A stretch of 32,000 nt of DNA from Synechococcus elongatus PCC 6301 (GTDB taxonomy: Bacteria > Cyanobacteriota > Cyanobacteriia > Synechococcales > Synechococcaceae), in NCBI RefSeq assembly GCF_000010065.1, contig NC_006576.1, positions 2,250,001-2,282,000 on the forward strand. Direction: 5' to 3'. The translations under genes and the position numbers were made by a program. The notes beneath the pieces are model-generated. The model saw only the letters and a program-made list of their open reading frames with translations. It searched no databases and was not told the origin of the DNA. Of the stretch, positions 21,268-29,657 are shown one piece after another. Within the stretch, counting starts at the first letter, position 1; every line of letters starts with the position of its first letter.

Positions 21268-21621
21268 ATGCGCCAAGTTAATTTTGTTGTGATCTTCGTG
21301 ATCAGTCTCGCTCTTGTGCTCTTTAGCCTCGAGAATACCGAGACTGCCACCATCCATGTCTTGGGTAGCACGGAACTCACAGCTCCTCTCGCCGTAGAGC
21401 TGATCGTGGCTATGGGGATTGGCGCGGTCTTTGCCTGGATCTTCAGTGTTTGGTCGGGGGTTCAAAAACTGGTGGCCCTGAAAGCAGAGCAAGAGCAGAT
21501 GGAAGCTCAGCAGGTGCGGATTCAGGAATTGGAAGAGGACCTGACCCGCTACAAAACGGAGCTAGAGGTGCAGCAAAAGCTGCTGCCTTCTGCGGCGATC
21601 GGAACCTCTGAAGACGCCTAA
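21268..21621 (+). CDS. LapA-domain (DUF1049-like) membrane protein
   Basis: MRQVNFVVIFVISLALVLFSLENTETATIHVLG...ELIVAMGIGAVFAWIFSVWSGVQ followed by a coiled coil. Confidence 0.75.
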   Translation: MRQVNFVVIFVISLALVLFSLENTETATIHVLGSTELTAPLAVELIVAMGIGAVFAWIFSVWSGVQKLVALKAEQEQMEAQQVRIQELEEDLTRYKTELEVQQKLLPSAAIGTSEDA

Positions 21622-21689
21622 GCCCCCTACCAACCGAGTTGGAGACGTGGGCGCTAGGCTAGACAGCGCATTGCTGCCAAGGCAAAACC

Positions 21690-21785
21690 ATGTCTGCGAT
21701 CGCGATCGATTGTCTGCCGCCGCTGGGATTACTCTTGCTGATCCTCGGGGCGGCGCTATACTTTGGTCGCCAAGCCCGTGTCTAA
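21690..21785 (+). CDS. Putative 31-aa single-TM small protein
   Basis: Hand translation: MSAIAIDCLPPLGLLLLILGAALYFGRQARV*, with AAGG about 7 nt upstream of the ATG; below the 60-aa cutoff of the ORF track. Confidence 0.4.
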   Translation: MSAIAIDCLPPLGLLLLILGAALYFGRQARV

Positions 21786-21806
21786 CTGCTTGGTCAGACT
21801 TTCTTC

Positions 21807-22643
21807 ATGAGTTCAGCGGCACAGAATGCGATCGCCCTGCTAATTGAAATGGCAGAGAGCGGCGAGATCGATCCCTGGGATGTCCAGGTCGTCGACGTTT
21901 TCGATCGCTTTTTGGAGCAACTGCAACAGCGTCCCAGTCTGACGCCGCTGACTGATTTCAGCCGGAGTCGCTACGAAGCTGATCTCTCAGAGTCCGGTGA
22001 AGCCTTCCTCTACGCCTCGATTTTGATTCTGCTCAAGGCCGATGCCTTGGCTCGTCTGGAGTTTCCGCCAGCGGAAGTTCTGGAAGAGTTTGTCGAGAGT
22101 TTGGATGATCTGGCGGCGATGCCTCAATTGCCGGCCAAGTTGGAACAGCAGTTGCGCCGCCGTGCCGTTGCGCTCCCACCACAACAGCGTCGAGTCACCC
22201 TCAGTGATCTGATTGAACAGCTCGAACAGGTAGCCCAATCCCTAGCCGATCCGCCGGCCCGATCGCGGCGTCGACAACCCAAACCAGCTCCGAGACGACA
22301 GGCTATTCAGGCGATCACCCACCTAGCGCACCAAGAGAACCTGGCGGAGACGGCTGCTGCTCTGGGTGATTTTCTGCAGCGGCAATGGTCAGCCCTGCAA
22401 CCGGAGAATGACTGGCTCAACTTTGAGGATCTGGTGCAGCTTTGGAGCCAGACTCAAGCAGGCGACCACCATTTAGACGGCGATCGCGTCGGGGCCTTCT
22501 GGGCCTTGTTATTTTTGGCAGCCCAGTCGATTGTTGAGCTGCAGCAAGAGAGTTTGTATAGCCCACTGTGGATCCGCTGTCTGACACCCTTTGGCAACCC
22601 GATTGCTGTCCCCTTCGAGCCAACAGCCTCAGCCTCGGTCTGA
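21807..22643 (+). CDS. scpA: Segregation and condensation protein A
   Basis: ALLIEMAESGEIDPWDVQVVDVFDRFLEQL...GEAFLYASILILLKADALARLE, ScpA family pattern. Confidence 0.88.
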   Translation: MSSAAQNAIALLIEMAESGEIDPWDVQVVDVFDRFLEQLQQRPSLTPLTDFSRSRYEADLSESGEAFLYASILILLKADALARLEFPPAEVLEEFVESLDDLAAMPQLPAKLEQQLRRRAVALPPQQRRVTLSDLIEQLEQVAQSLADPPARSRRRQPKPAPRRQAIQAITHLAHQENLAETAAALGDFLQRQWSALQPENDWLNFEDLVQLWSQTQAGDHHLDGDRVGAFWALLFLAAQSIVELQQESLYSPLWIRCLTPFGNPIAVPFEPTASASV

Positions 22644-22710
22644 TAAGATTCAGGGGCTTTAAGGGAGCTGCTCGCGGTTCCTACTGACTTCCTATATCAA
22701 TTTGCCCTCA

Positions 22711-23880
22711 ATGAAAGCAATGATTTTGGCCGCCGGTAAGGGAACCCGAGTTCGGCCGATTACCTACACCATTCCTAAGCCGATGATTCCTATCCTGCAG
22801 AAGCCAGTGATGGAGTTTCTGCTGGAGCTCTTAAAGGAGCATGGCTTCAAGGAAGTCATGGTCAATGTCAGCCATTTAGCCCAAGAAATTGAAAGCTATT
22901 TCCGAGATGGGCAGCGCTTTGGCGTCGAGGTTGCCTATTCTTTTGAAGGCCGAATTGAAGATGGTCAGCTGATTGGAGAAGCCCTCGGCTCTGCGGGCGG
23001 GATGAAGCGAATTCAGGATTTCTCGCCTTTCTTTGATGATACGTTTGTCGTCCTTTGTGGTGATGCCCTGATTGACTTAGACCTGACAGAAGCTGTGCGC
23101 TGGCACAAGGAAAAGGGTGCTCTTGCCACGATCGTGATGAAGACGGTTCCCCGTGAAGAAGTGTCGAGTTATGGGGTTGTGGTTACCGATAGCGATGGTC
23201 GGATCCAAGCCTTTCAAGAAAAACCCAGTGTTGAGGAAGCGCTGAGCACGACGATCAATACCGGGATCTACATCTTTGAGCCCGAGATCCTCAACTACAT
23301 TCCTTCGGGACAGGAATACGACATCGGTGGTGATCTCTTCCCGAAACTGGTAGAGACTGGTGCTCCGTTCTATGGCATCTCCATGGACTTCCAGTGGATC
23401 GATATCGGTAAGGTGCCGGACTACTGGCAGGCAATCCGCAGTGTTTTGAATGGAGAAGTGCGAAACGTCGCTATCCCTGGCAAGCAGGTCAGACCTGGGG
23501 TCTATACCGGTCTCAATGTGGCGATCGACTGGGATTCGGTCGCAATCGAAGGCCCCGTCTACATCGGTGGTATGACGCGCATTGATGAAGGTGTGCGAAT
23601 TGTGGGGCCGGCAATGATTGGGCCGAATTGCCACATCTGCAAGGGTGCCACGATCGAAAACAGCGTGATTTTCGAATATTCGCGCCTGGGTTCCGGCGTC
23701 CGTCTTGTCGACAAACTGGTGTTCGGTCGCTACTGCGTCGACCGCAACGGCAACGCAATTGATGTGCAAGCCGCCGCTTTGGACTGGTTGATCACCGATG
23801 CCCGCCGTGCTGAACCGGTGCAACCTTCAGCCGAGCACCAGGCGATCGCTGACCTCTTGGGCAGTAATGTCTTGCCCTAG
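22711..23880 (+). CDS. Nucleotidyltransferase / mannose-1-phosphate guanylyltransferase-like protein with hexapeptide repeats
   Basis: MKAMILAAGKGTRVRPITYTIPKPMIPILQKPVMEFLLELL..., FVVLCGDALIDLDLTEAV, NTGIYIFEPEILNYIP, then left-handed beta-helix-like repeats. Confidence 0.88.
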   Translation: MKAMILAAGKGTRVRPITYTIPKPMIPILQKPVMEFLLELLKEHGFKEVMVNVSHLAQEIESYFRDGQRFGVEVAYSFEGRIEDGQLIGEALGSAGGMKRIQDFSPFFDDTFVVLCGDALIDLDLTEAVRWHKEKGALATIVMKTVPREEVSSYGVVVTDSDGRIQAFQEKPSVEEALSTTINTGIYIFEPEILNYIPSGQEYDIGGDLFPKLVETGAPFYGISMDFQWIDIGKVPDYWQAIRSVLNGEVRNVAIPGKQVRPGVYTGLNVAIDWDSVAIEGPVYIGGMTRIDEGVRIVGPAMIGPNCHICKGATIENSVIFEYSRLGSGVRLVDKLVFGRYCVDRNGNAIDVQAAALDWLITDARRAEPVQPSAEHQAIADLLGSNVLP

Positions 23881-23973
23881 GGCGATCGCTGCAACCTGGT
23901 GATTGAACCGACTGCGACTGCCTGCCGGATCGGGAAGCGGCTAAAATCAGCAGCGTTAGCAACGAGAAGCGGC

Positions 23974-24741
23974 ATGCTGCGTTCCTGGATAGTTTGGGTT
24001 CTAGTAATCTGCATCGGATTCGGCGGGCCTGCACAAGCCGCAACCCTCGATGAGCTTTACCAATCCGCTCTAGAAGCAAGCTATCGCGGTGAGTTTGGGC
24101 GAGCAGAACAGCTCTGGAGTGAGGCGATCGCCCTAGCTCCTGACAATGCGGCACTCTGGAGTAATCGCGGCAATGTTCGCGTCAGCCAAAACCATCTCGA
24201 AGAGGCGATCGCGGACTACAACGAATCTGTGCGGCTAGCTCCTAATGCCCCCGACCCCTACCTGAATCGGGGCACGGCTTGGGAAGGGCTGCAGGAATGG
24301 GACAAGGCGATCGCCGACTATCAGCAGGCTCTGCAGTTCTCTCCTGGGGATGCTGCCGCCCACAACAATTTGGGTAATGTGCGCCTGAGCTTGGGCGAGT
24401 ACGAACAAGCCCTGAGCGAGTTTGAGACGGCCAGTCGGTTGGCTCCGGGCTTTGCCTTTGCGGGCGCCAATGTTGCTTTGACCCTGTTCCAACTCGATCG
24501 CACTTCCGACGCCATTCAGCGGATGCGATCGCTGGTGCGCAAGTATCCCAACTTTGCTGACATGCGGGCGGCGCTCACGGCGGTGTTGTGGCAACAGGGA
24601 CAACGGGGCGAAGCTGAAAGTAACTGGGTCGCCGTCATGGGGCTGGATACCCGCTATCGCGATCTGGACTGGGTACGTCAAATTCGCCGCTGGCCACCAG
24701 CTGCAGTCACAGCCCTCGAGCAATTCTTGGCCTTGCAGTAG
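23974..24741 (+). CDS. TPR-repeat exported/membrane-anchored protein
   Basis: N-terminal MLRSWIVWVLVICIGFGGPAQAATL signal-like segment, then consecutive TPRs (NAALWSNRGNVRVSQNHLEEAIADYNESVRLAPN...). Confidence 0.88.
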   Translation: MLRSWIVWVLVICIGFGGPAQAATLDELYQSALEASYRGEFGRAEQLWSEAIALAPDNAALWSNRGNVRVSQNHLEEAIADYNESVRLAPNAPDPYLNRGTAWEGLQEWDKAIADYQQALQFSPGDAAAHNNLGNVRLSLGEYEQALSEFETASRLAPGFAFAGANVALTLFQLDRTSDAIQRMRSLVRKYPNFADMRAALTAVLWQQGQRGEAESNWVAVMGLDTRYRDLDWVRQIRRWPPAAVTALEQFLALQ

Positions 24742-24791
24742 AAGCAAGAGTGCCAAGATGGAAAAGCTGATACGAAGGACGGCGATCGCCG

Positions 24792-25994
24792 TTGGTAGTC
24801 TTTCCTGTGCTTGATCGAATTCGTGAGGTTGCGACGCGCCTTGAACCGCGTCTTCTAGAAATTCGCCGCCATCTCCATGCCCATCCAGAGCTCAGCGGCC
24901 ACGAACACCAAACCGCGGCCTACGTTGCCGGTGTGCTGTCCTCCTGTGGGCTACAAGTCCGGGAGGGCGTAGGCCGTACGGGCGTCGTGGGGGATCTGCC
25001 AGGAACGGGGCGCGATCGCCGTTGCCTAGCGCTGCGAACCGATATGGATGCCCTGCCGATCGAGGAGCAGACTGGCTTGCCCTTTGCCTCTCGCCAGCAG
25101 GGGATCATGCATGCCTGTGGCCATGATCTGCACACCACCTTGGGCCTTGGGGCTGCCATGGTCTTAAGTGAACTCGGTGAACCGCTGCCAGGAGACGTGC
25201 GCTGGCTATTCCAGCCTGCTGAAGAAATTGCCCAAGGGGCACGCTGGATGGTGGCGGCTGAGGCCCTAGAAGGGGTGGATGCAATCTTAGGAGTCCACGT
25301 TTTTCCTTCGATTCCGGCAGGGGTTGTGGGCATTCGCTACGGCGCTCTAACGGCTGCCGCCGATGACCTTGAGATTGTGATTCAAGGGGAATCGGGGCAT
25401 GGTGCTCGTCCCCACGAGGCGAAGGACGCGATTTGGATTGCGGCCCAGATCATCACAATGCTGCAGCAAGCGATCAGCCGCACTCAAAATCCGCTGCGGC
25501 CGGTGGTTTTAACTATCGGCCAAATTCAAGGGGGGCGAGCTGCTAATGTGATCGCCGATCGTGTGCGCTTGTTGGGCACGGTGCGATCGCTCCATCCCGA
25601 AACTCACGCGGGCTTACCTGACTGGATTGAAAGCATTATTGCCAGTATTTGTAAGACCTATGATGCTCATTACGAGTTTCACTATCGACGCGGGGTTCCC
25701 TCGGTTCAAAATGACGAGACCCTAACTCGTTTGGTCGAAGCTGCTGCGATCGAAGCTTGGGGACAGACGGCAGTGGAACGCATCGAGGAGCCCTCGCTTG
25801 GGGCGGAAGATTTCTCCGTGTACCTAGAAAAAATCCCCGGCATGATGTTCCGGTTGGGGGTGGGCTATCCTGACCGCCAGAATCCGCCACTTCACCATCC
25901 GCAATTCGAGATTGATGAACGGGCTCTAATCGTGGGTGTGATCACCCTTGCTTACAGTATTTGGCGCTATTGGCAGCCTGCTGTAAAGGGATAA
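24792..25994 (+). CDS. M20-family amidohydrolase (N-acyl-L-amino acid amidohydrolase-like)
   Basis: LLEIRRHLHAHPELSGHEHQTAAYV, LALRTDMDALPIEEQTGLPFAS, MHACGHDLHTTLGLGAAMVL, WLFQPAEEIAQGARWMV. The start may be the TTG at 24792 or an internal GTG at 24807. Confidence 0.92.
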   Translation: MVVFPVLDRIREVATRLEPRLLEIRRHLHAHPELSGHEHQTAAYVAGVLSSCGLQVREGVGRTGVVGDLPGTGRDRRCLALRTDMDALPIEEQTGLPFASRQQGIMHACGHDLHTTLGLGAAMVLSELGEPLPGDVRWLFQPAEEIAQGARWMVAAEALEGVDAILGVHVFPSIPAGVVGIRYGALTAAADDLEIVIQGESGHGARPHEAKDAIWIAAQIITMLQQAISRTQNPLRPVVLTIGQIQGGRAANVIADRVRLLGTVRSLHPETHAGLPDWIESIIASICKTYDAHYEFHYRRGVPSVQNDETLTRLVEAAAIEAWGQTAVERIEEPSLGAEDFSVYLEKIPGMMFRLGVGYPDRQNPPLHHPQFEIDERALIVGVITLAYSIWRYWQPAVKG

Positions 25995-26095
25995 TGATCG
26001 TGAAAAACAAGTCTCTCATAATGGCTGTTTAGCCAGTTGAGAGGGCCTGCGATCGCCCTCAAAGCCTTGATCAGATGACTCTGGTGATCAGACAA

Positions 26096-26122
26096 AAGCC
26101 TCCCCAAATTTTGGGGAGGCTT
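26096..26122. terminator. Bidirectional-type terminator hairpin between convergent genes
   Basis: AAGCCTCCCC-AAATTTT-GGGGAGGCTT, a perfect 10-bp stem between the M20 gene (+) and the abrB-like gene (-). Confidence 0.85.
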
Positions 26123-26180
26123 CTTGCCATCACTTTCAAAGAAGTGCCACTAACTCAGTTGTTGTCTGAGTGTAAGTCGC

Positions 26181-26558
26181 TTATTCTTCGGAATCGTCAT
26201 CACCGCCGTTGACAGGGACAAGACGGATTTGACGACGGCCCAATTTGATTTCAAACTCATCACCAACTTGCAGGTTCAGCTGCTTGGTATAAGCCGAACC
26301 AATCAAGAGATTACCGTTGCTTTGAACGCGAACGGTGTAGCTGGGGTGGCGGCCTTTACGTGGTGCTGCTTCATCAAAAGCAACGCCTTTGGAGGCGAGG
26401 AGTGCTTCGTAGAACGCTGTAAAGTTAATGCGTTCACGGCCTGTTTTGGTGATGGAGTAGTAGCCGCAGGCCTTGGCTGTTTCCGAACGACTCGCGTTAC
26501 CGAGTTCTTTCAGTCGTGTTAGCAATGCTTTACCGGTCAGTGGCGTGATTGATGTCAT
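26181..26558 (-). CDS. cyAbrB-type (AbrB-like) transcriptional regulator
   Basis: MTSITPLTGKALLTRLKELGNASRSETAKACGYYSITKTGRERINFTAFYEALLASKG...SYTVRVQSNGNLLIGSAYTKQLNLQVGDEFEIKLGRRQIRL, the cyanobacterial AbrB pattern. Confidence 0.9.
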   Translation of the reverse strand: MTSITPLTGKALLTRLKELGNASRSETAKACGYYSITKTGRERINFTAFYEALLASKGVAFDEAAPRKGRHPSYTVRVQSNGNLLIGSAYTKQLNLQVGDEFEIKLGRRQIRLVPVNGGDDDSEE

Positions 26559-26993
26559 TTCGACATTCAGTGATTCTCAACTAAATTCAATCTATCACAG
26601 TAATCATCACAAATGAAAATATCAAATTAATGATCGGGTGTGTGAATGTCAGCCTGTGGCCTGACTGTCGGTCGGCTATTGCGTAAAATTTCAGCTATCA
26701 ATTAGCCTGAACAACTCTCTAGGACCTGAAATCGGCTGCTCTGAGGATCGGCTGATGGGCGGCATGATGCAGTCAGAAAGGTTTGCAACAGCTCAGCTCA
26801 GCTACCACTTTTGAGCGGTAGCGTTGTAGACAATCACCCGATTTTGCTGCGGCTGCCCTAGGAGATTAACCCTGTCAGTGATAGGAATAGAGCCGATCGC
26901 GATCGCCAAGGCCCACTCCCTTAACCATGACAGTGATAGACGATGAAAAAACAGGATTGTGGCCGAGTGCTGGCAGGGAAGTGACACAAAGGA

Positions 26994-28352
26994 CTAGTGG
27001 TCTTGCACCGTCGCTGCTAGCGGCGATCGCAGACATTCTGTCAACAGACCCGTAATTCCTTCAGCAACAAAGATCGGCGTGTGCAGCGCCTTTTCAACCT
27101 CTGCCACCGTCAAGTCGTCGAGGAAGCAGCGATAGCCATGAAGCAAAATTAAGGAAGGCAATAACAGCCCATCTCCCAAGTCGCGATCGCTCAAAACCTC
27201 AATCAAATCCTGGCCAGTAAGTAGCCCTGTGACCGTGAGGGTTTGCCCCCAGTAGCGACTGGCGAGCCCCACCAGATCAACCTTTAGACCTTGCACTGCA
27301 TTGAGGCGGGCCTGTAGCGGTTGGAAGGCTTGCCCCACCACATTGCCGACCACCCAAGTAAGACGGCGCGCTGGCTCGATCTGGCTGGGTAGCGTTGCTG
27401 CTTGGCGTTCAAACTCACTGATGAAGGCCCGGATAGAACCGACGCCATTTTCTAGCTGGGGATATTGTTCATACCAACTGGCCGAGGGCAGCGGCTGGCC
27501 TGCAATCAGATACCACTCATCGGCTAACCAGGCAAAACGACTGCCCAGTTCTGTTTGGAATTGAGTTTGCAGGGCTTCGACCAGGGCGATCGTGGCAGCC
27601 GCATCAGCAGGCTGGACAGGACGCAATTCATCTTCAGTCGGTCGAAAGCGGGTCAGGCCCACGGGCACGACGGCCACGGAAGCGACGGTTGCCGGATCCC
27701 CGCGATGAAATTCAGCCAAATCCATCAAGGTACGCTGTAGTTGCGCCCCATCATTGAGGTCGGGACAGACCACCACTTGGGCATGAATTTGCAGCTGCTG
27801 CTGGCGAAACCAGTGCAGTTGTTCTCCAATCAATCCGGCCCGTTCATTTTTGAGAAGACGCCGCCGCAGATCGGGCTCAGTGGCATGTACTGAAACGTAG
27901 AGGGGCGAGAGCCTCAGTTGGGCAATCCGTCGCCATTCCGCTTCGCTGAGGTTGGTGAGGGTGAGGTAGGAGCCATAGAGAAAACTGAGGCGATAATCAT
28001 CATCTTTGTAGTACAGGCTCTCGCGTTTGCCCGGTGGCTGTTGATCGATAAAGCAAAAGGGGCAGCGGTTGTTGCACTGAATCAAACCGTCAAAGAGCGC
28101 GGTCTCAAATTCCAGCCCAAGCCCTTCATCGGTGTCTTTTTCAATTTCGATTTGGTGCGATCGCCCGGCTGCATCCAAGACCTCCAGCTCTAAAAATTCA
28201 TCACTGCAGAGGAATTGATAATCGATCAGATCGCGGGGTTGCTGGCCATTGATTGAAATAATTGCGTCGCCGGGCTCAAACCCGATCTCTGCCGCAATGG
28301 AATCTGGTAAGACTCGGCTAATGCGGGCGGGTTGAAGGGTCGAACGGCTCAT
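26994..28352 (-). CDS. DUF512 / PDZ-containing FeS (radical-SAM-like) conserved cyanobacterial protein
   Basis: ARISRVLPDSIAAEIGFEPGDAIISINGQ (PDZ-like), CNNRCPFCFIDQQPPGKRESLYYKDDDYRLSFLYGSYLTLTNL (CxxxCxxC). Confidence 0.88.
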   Translation of the reverse strand: MSRSTLQPARISRVLPDSIAAEIGFEPGDAIISINGQQPRDLIDYQFLCSDEFLELEVLDAAGRSHQIEIEKDTDEGLGLEFETALFDGLIQCNNRCPFCFIDQQPPGKRESLYYKDDDYRLSFLYGSYLTLTNLSEAEWRRIAQLRLSPLYVSVHATEPDLRRRLLKNERAGLIGEQLHWFRQQQLQIHAQVVVCPDLNDGAQLQRTLMDLAEFHRGDPATVASVAVVPVGLTRFRPTEDELRPVQPADAAATIALVEALQTQFQTELGSRFAWLADEWYLIAGQPLPSASWYEQYPQLENGVGSIRAFISEFERQAATLPSQIEPARRLTWVVGNVVGQAFQPLQARLNAVQGLKVDLVGLASRYWGQTLTVTGLLTGQDLIEVLSDRDLGDGLLLPSLILLHGYRCFLDDLTVAEVEKALHTPIFVAEGITGLLTECLRSPLAATVQDH

Positions 28353-28398
28353 GGGGGCGATCGCAGGGCGGGGTCAGTAACAACAGCACTCTCTTCTA

Positions 28399-29292
28399 TT
28401 AAATATTCTGTAAAGTTCCCGTGGCGATTGCCGTCAGAATTACCCCCCCGAAGATGATCCGATAAACCACGAAGCTCCACGTGTTATGAGTGCGGAGAAA
28501 ACGCAGTAACCAGGCGATTGCCAACCAAGAAAAAATCAGGGAAGACAGGGTCCCGATCGCGAGCACCCCAAGCGAAGAGCCATCGATGCCGGCTTCTAAT
28601 AAATCTTTGAGTTCTACTAAGCCGGCGATTGTGATTGCTGGAATCCCGAGCAGAAAGGAAAAGCGAGCAGCCGTATCCCGTTTCAAGCCTTGAAAGAGTC
28701 CGGCAGTGAGGGTCGAACCCGATCGCGAAACGCCGGGAATCAAGGCCAGTGCTTGGGCAAAACCCATCCAGAGGCCATCAGCGAGGCGCAATTGACTGAG
28801 GTCGCGCTGATGCTTGCTCAGTTGTTCTGCAATGCCCAGCAGCAAACCCATCACAATTGAGACGATCGCGATCGCGGCCAAACTGCGCAAGGGAGAGTTG
28901 TCGTAATCGGGAATGAACCGCTTGATCAGCAGCCCGCCAATCAGGATCGGAATAGTGCCAAATAGAATGCCCAGACCCATCTGAGCTGGTTCACTACGAA
29001 AATCCTGCCGGCGCACAGCGCTGACCAAGCCGCGCAACACGTAGGTCAAGTCCTGACGGAAATAGGACAGTACCGCGACAATGCTGCCGAGTTGAATGAC
29101 TGCGGTAAAGGCCACCCCAGGATCGCCCCAGCCGAGAACCACCGGCACCACTTTCAAATGGGCGGTGCTGCTGATCGGAAGGAATTCAGTGGCGCCTTGC
29201 ACAAATCCCAAGACAATGGCCTGCCAAAGGTCGAGGCGATCGGCACTACTGACAGCAATGAGCATGGCGATCGGTTCCTGGCCGTTAGTCAC
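28399..29292 (-). CDS. uppP: Undecaprenyl-diphosphatase UppP/BacA
   Basis: QAIVLGFVQGATEFLPISSTAHL..., ALIPGVSRSGSTLTAGLFQGLKRDTAARFSFLLGIPAI. Confidence 0.96.
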   Translation of the reverse strand: MTNGQEPIAMLIAVSSADRLDLWQAIVLGFVQGATEFLPISSTAHLKVVPVVLGWGDPGVAFTAVIQLGSIVAVLSYFRQDLTYVLRGLVSAVRRQDFRSEPAQMGLGILFGTIPILIGGLLIKRFIPDYDNSPLRSLAAIAIVSIVMGLLLGIAEQLSKHQRDLSQLRLADGLWMGFAQALALIPGVSRSGSTLTAGLFQGLKRDTAARFSFLLGIPAITIAGLVELKDLLEAGIDGSSLGVLAIGTLSSLIFSWLAIAWLLRFLRTHNTWSFVVYRIIFGGVILTAIATGTLQNI

Positions 29293-29366
29293 GGGCGCGA
29301 GACAACTTCAGCATTTTGACTGATTGTTGCCCGTTCTTCTTGCCAGCGATCGCGGGGGAGTGGGAG

Positions 29367-29636
29367 TTATTTTTCGAGACGCACCACATACCACTGAACG
29401 ACGAGCCCCGGTTCTGTTTCGAATTCGCAGGCGGTGTTGAGTAGATCCTGTGCTTGAGCCCTGCGATCGCCGCGATCGGCGGTTCCCACGGGCACGTTGT
29501 CGGGATAGCGATCGATTAATTCCTCGAGGTATGCCAACATTTCTGCCGGCGTCACAAACCGTTCTGGGCAGTTGGGCTCCAGCAGCACGTAGGCATCTTC
29601 CTGATAGAGCAGGGCCTTGACCATAGGGCACTCCAA
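29367..29636 (-). CDS. Chlororespiratory reduction protein 7 (Crr7)-like small protein
   Basis: MECPMVKALLYQEDAYVLLEPNCPERFVTPAEMLAYLEELI...LLNTACEFETEPGLVVQWYVVRLEK resembles the cyanobacterial Crr7-like family from memory (YxEDxxVxLE...PGxxxQWYxVRLEK). Confidence 0.65.
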   Translation of the reverse strand: MECPMVKALLYQEDAYVLLEPNCPERFVTPAEMLAYLEELIDRYPDNVPVGTADRGDRRAQAQDLLNTACEFETEPGLVVQWYVVRLEK

Positions 29637-29657
29637 GTAGAAGTCAGGTGAGAGAAA

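Noticed and set aside
23077-23823. 248-aa reverse-strand ORF
   Set aside because: Antisense to the sugar-nucleotidyltransferase gene, no recognisable family, His/Asp-rich shadow-frame composition.
29308-29631. 107-aa reverse-strand ORF overlapping the crr7-like gene
   Set aside because: Alternate frame of the same region; the 89-aa frame has the conserved-looking protein.
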